DNA of 50,822 bases, from assembly GCA_025054525.1 (NCBI GenBank), contig JANWZJ010000005.1, positions 2,458 to 53,279 of the forward strand, written 5' to 3'. Position 1 is the first letter of the stretch; the number at the start of each line of letters is the position of its first letter. This stretch comes from Bacteroidia bacterium (GTDB lineage: Bacteria > Bacteroidota > Bacteroidia > SpSt-205). Shown piece after piece: positions 47,850 to 50,822 of this stretch. The notes below the pieces were generated by a model, which worked only from the letters and a program-made list of their open reading frames with translations, made no database searches and was not told the origin of the DNA. A program made the translations under genes and the position numbers.

Positions 47850-48292
47850 TTCCTATCCTCTTCGTTTTTGGGGGCATAAGCTGTAAGCGAGAGAATATTG
47901 TCTTTTCGCGGGAGCCCTTCGTAGAGTTTGTATCGGCTTCGCCCAATCGGGTATCGGAAGGCGGGAATATAGAAATCACGATTCGCTACCGGGATGGCGA
48001 TGGAGACTTAGGGGGACGCTCAGATAATGCCCCTGACCTTTTTCTGATTGACCTGCGTGATAGTACGCTGTTTCCCACAGGATATGACGGTATCCTGCGA
48101 TATAACATGCCTCGGTTTTATGAAGGGCCTGAGCAGTCCATTCAGGGCACGATTACCTTGACGGTTTCAGGGGTAGTTCGTCTCAACCCTGCTCTCTCTG
48201 CAGAAGAACTGCGATTTGAGATATATGTGCGGGATCGCCGCGACCAAGAGAGTAATCGCGTGCGCACCACGCCTGTTTATATTGTACCCTGA
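47828..48292 (+). CDS. Hypothetical lipoprotein
   Basis: MEWKK..GIS-C lipobox; YRDGDGDLG; YVRDR..ESN. Confidence 0.8.
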   Translation: MEWKKIIIPILFVFGGISCKRENIVFSREPFVEFVSASPNRVSEGGNIEITIRYRDGDGDLGGRSDNAPDLFLIDLRDSTLFPTGYDGILRYNMPRFYEGPEQSIQGTITLTVSGVVRLNPALSAEELRFEIYVRDRRDQESNRVRTTPVYIVP

Positions 48293-49020
48293 GCATCCTT
48301 ATAGATTTGCCACAGCGTGTAATAGACAGAGAGAGAGAGTTGATGAGGGCGTTTGTCGCTCCACTCAGGGGGCAAGGGGAGGGAAAGCGGGCGTAAGTTT
48401 TTGGCGAGTTTTTGGCGCGGCTGACGGAAAGCCACTCGTACAAAAGCCGCAAAACTTTCCCAGGGCTCCCATACGTCGGCTCGCCTAAGAAAGCGAATGA
48501 CCTCGCTTCGCACGCGGGGCGGCGGGCAAAAAGCGCCCGGCGGCACCCGAAATAGCCTTTCTACCGCATATACACTGCGAAAAAGTACAGTCAGGCGCGT
48601 AAAATCGCGACTTCCTTCGGACGCATAGAGTCGCTTAGCTACTTCAGCTTGCAGCATGAGAATACCCTCCCGCACCTGCCACCGCCGTTCCAATATCCAG
48701 AATAGCGCAGGGCCCGTCAGGCTGTAAGGCAAATTGCTCACTAAAAAATAGCTTCTCTCCGCCGATAAAGCCAATTGACGAAAATCCCCATGTACCCAGT
48801 GGGCTTTTTCCGCTGCTGGTAGTTTCTGCAGCTCTTCCAAGCAACGCTTGTCTATCTCTACCGCTATGAGAGGCTGGTCGCGCAGTAAAAGGTACTTCGT
48901 AAGGGCGCCGCGTCCAGGACCGATTTCTAAAGTGATTTCATCAGGCTGTGGTTTTACAGCAGCGACGATACGCTGGGCATACGCCTCACTGCAAAGAAAA
49001 TGCTGATCATATCGGGGCAT
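48277..49020 (-). CDS. rsmA: 16S rRNA m6,2A dimethyltransferase
   Basis: QHFL, LEIGPGRGALT, EID, SNLPY, F.PPP.V.S; start 49020 preferred. Confidence 0.95.
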   Translation of the reverse strand: MPRYDQHFLCSEAYAQRIVAAVKPQPDEITLEIGPGRGALTKYLLLRDQPLIAVEIDKRCLEELQKLPAAEKAHWVHGDFRQLALSAERSYFLVSNLPYSLTGPALFWILERRWQVREGILMLQAEVAKRLYASEGSRDFTRLTVLFRSVYAVERLFRVPPGAFCPPPRVRSEVIRFLRRADVWEPWESFAAFVRVAFRQPRQKLAKNLRPLSLPLPPEWSDKRPHQLSLSVYYTLWQIYKDAQGTI

Positions 49021-49489
49021 GCGGCGGCTCAAACCGAAGCGATATACCCTGATAGGTTTCGGGCAGTGAATAATCTTCTCGCAGGGGATGACCCTCCCAG
49101 TCCTGCGGCAGTAAAAGGCGCCGCAAATCCGGATGCCCCCTAAACCTAACGCCTACCAGGTCATGAGCCTCCCGTTCCTGCCAGTTCGCCGCCAACCAGA
49201 GATCACTCACCGTAGGAACTTCTTCTGCATCCTCTATCTGAAAAGTTACCGCTATATCCGTGAGATGCAGCACACTCCGTAAATCATACCGCAACCGAAT
49301 AAAGGGAGCAGCATGAGTAGCTGTGAGGGCTATGAAATACGCTACCTTGCCCTCATAGTATAGATATTCCGCTACGGGGCGCCAGCGCTCTGCTGTCTCT
49401 AACTGGAGATGGTACAGGGGAAAACTGCCTGTAAGCCTGCCAAACGTACTAAGCTGACCTAAAAAGGATTCGCTCCAGGTCTTGAACAT
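49007..49489 (-). CDS. nuoC: NADH-quinone oxidoreductase subunit C
   Basis: VPTVSDLWLAANWQEREAHDLVGVRFRGHPDLRRLLLP..WEGHPLREDY; start uncertain. Confidence 0.9.
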   Translation of the reverse strand: MFKTWSESFLGQLSTFGRLTGSFPLYHLQLETAERWRPVAEYLYYEGKVAYFIALTATHAAPFIRLRYDLRSVLHLTDIAVTFQIEDAEEVPTVSDLWLAANWQEREAHDLVGVRFRGHPDLRRLLLPQDWEGHPLREDYSLPETYQGISLRFEPPHAPI

Positions 49490-50813
49490 GCTGGGAGAGT
49501 TCAGCGGAGATGGAAAGGTTATCTTGAATCCATTGACAGCTATGCAGGATAGTGGAATGGTCTCGCCCACTGAAGTATTCGCCTAATGCCTTGAGCGCAT
49601 GGCGGGTGTGTTTACGGGCGAGAAAAATGGCAATGTGACGAGCATAAGCTACTTCTTTACGGCGAGATTTACCCTTGAGCTCTTCGGGATGGATGCGGAA
49701 GTAGTTAGACACGGCTTGAATAATCTGCTCTACGGTAACTGCGCGAGTGCGCATCGGCTTGAAGCGGCTCACAATCTCCTGGGCCAGCGCCAGAGAAAGT
49801 TCTCGCCGGCGAATAGAGGTTTCCGCTAAGAGCTGAATAACAACACCTTCTAAATCTCGTACATGCGTGCGCACATGCTCAGCGATGTAGCTTAGAATCT
49901 CTTGAGGTATGTCTATGCCTTCTTGGCGGAGCTTGAAGCGGAGGATAGCCATGCGTGTCTCATAGTCAGGGGGATAGAGCGGCGCCGTGAGTCCCCATCC
50001 AAACCGAGAGACTATGCGTTCTTCCATGCCTTTGAGCTCGTGTGGAGGGGCGTCCGCCGTAATCACAATCTGCCGATTATGCTGATGTAAATGATTGAAA
50101 ATGTGAAAAAACATATCTTGCGTACTGGGCTTGCCCATCAGAAACTGAATATCATCTATCAAAATAATATCTATGCTATGTAGGCGCTGCAGCAAATCAC
50201 TGACTTTTTTATTGCGTACTGCTTCGGTATAGTCGGCGGTAAATTTTTCAGAAGTAAGGTATAAAATCACCTTGTCAGGATGAAGAAGGCGAGCATAGTT
50301 GCCGATAGCGTGGAGGAGGTGGGTTTTCCCCTGTCCTACTTCTCCATAGATGAAGAGGGGATTGAAGGCGGTCTGTCCAGGACGCTGAGCTACACTCATG
50401 CCCGCACTGCGAGCCAAACGATTACACTCTCCTTCTACGAAGTTCTCAAAGGTATATTTAGGGTTAAGATTCGTGGGAAAAGACTGGCTCATGCGAATCC
50501 CAGGAAAGACCATGGGAGGCGGTAGTTCTTGGGAGGGGAGCTGCATGGGTGCATTTTCGGCTGTGGTCATAACCTGATATTCTAACCGAGCATTTGCTCC
50601 CAGAATCTTACGCAAAGTGCGAACAATCATCGCCGAAAAATGCTGCTCTATGTACTCATAGAAGAACTGACTGGGAACGCGCAAGGTGAGCGCCCCATCC
50701 TGTAAGCTTACGGGTTGCACCGCCCCTAAGAAAGTACGAATAGGCGTGGTATTGCTGCCGAAGTTATTGCGTATCACTTCTACACAGCGCTGCCAGGCTT
50801 CTTGCGCAGTCAT
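49449..50813 (-). CDS. dnaA: Chromosomal replication initiator DnaA
   Basis: YTFENFVEG, NPLFIYG..G.GKTHL, IDDIQFL, SRF.WGL, GRDHSTILH. Confidence 0.98.
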   Translation of the reverse strand: MTAQEAWQRCVEVIRNNFGSNTTPIRTFLGAVQPVSLQDGALTLRVPSQFFYEYIEQHFSAMIVRTLRKILGANARLEYQVMTTAENAPMQLPSQELPPPMVFPGIRMSQSFPTNLNPKYTFENFVEGECNRLARSAGMSVAQRPGQTAFNPLFIYGEVGQGKTHLLHAIGNYARLLHPDKVILYLTSEKFTADYTEAVRNKKVSDLLQRLHSIDIILIDDIQFLMGKPSTQDMFFHIFNHLHQHNRQIVITADAPPHELKGMEERIVSRFGWGLTAPLYPPDYETRMAILRFKLRQEGIDIPQEILSYIAEHVRTHVRDLEGVVIQLLAETSIRRRELSLALAQEIVSRFKPMRTRAVTVEQIIQAVSNYFRIHPEELKGKSRRKEVAYARHIAIFLARKHTRHALKALGEYFSGRDHSTILHSCQWIQDNLSISAELSQHVQDLERILFRSA

Positions 50814-50822
50814 TACTTGGTC

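Noticed and set aside
360-50525. Many short ORF-track entries antisense to or nested in identified genes
   Set aside because: No recognisable motifs, promoter box or coupling; shadows of real CDS.
1-50822. CRISPR array, transposase, prophage or defence genes
   Set aside because: No spaced direct repeats or relevant protein motifs seen.

Overview
Very gene-dense core-genome segment of a Bacteroidota bacterium. The assignment rests on the TAnnTTTG sigma-A promoter element, a T9SS cargo and PorE-like protein, and signal peptides ending in A|Q. A thermophilic or hot-spring lineage is possible but is inference only. The window holds about 50 CDS, mostly housekeeping genes in scrambled order (nuoI, guaB, ruvB, queG, pruA, aspS, ispE, lgt, purD, pdxH, ilvE, rplU-rpmA, yidC, scpA, thiD, sucC, uvrC, dnaN, rsfS, rsmA, nuoC, dnaA), plus tRNA-His, tRNA-Asn and a truncated GT9 pseudogene. 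I saw no CRISPR array, integrase or transposase. The main signal is architectural. All 22 CDS that open a transcription unit have a TAnnTTTG-type box within 8 nt of the start codon, and 20 of them at 3-5 nt, which implies leaderless mRNAs. Every other CDS overlaps or abuts the upstream stop, which implies translational coupling. tRNA-Asn also looks leaderless. Convergent genes overlap with no terminators, and both tRNAs end exactly on the TAG of a convergent gene. The only clear intrinsic terminator belongs to a candidate ~65-nt structured RNA upstream of purD. TCGA appears strongly depleted. All calls are by eye from motifs; no database search was run.
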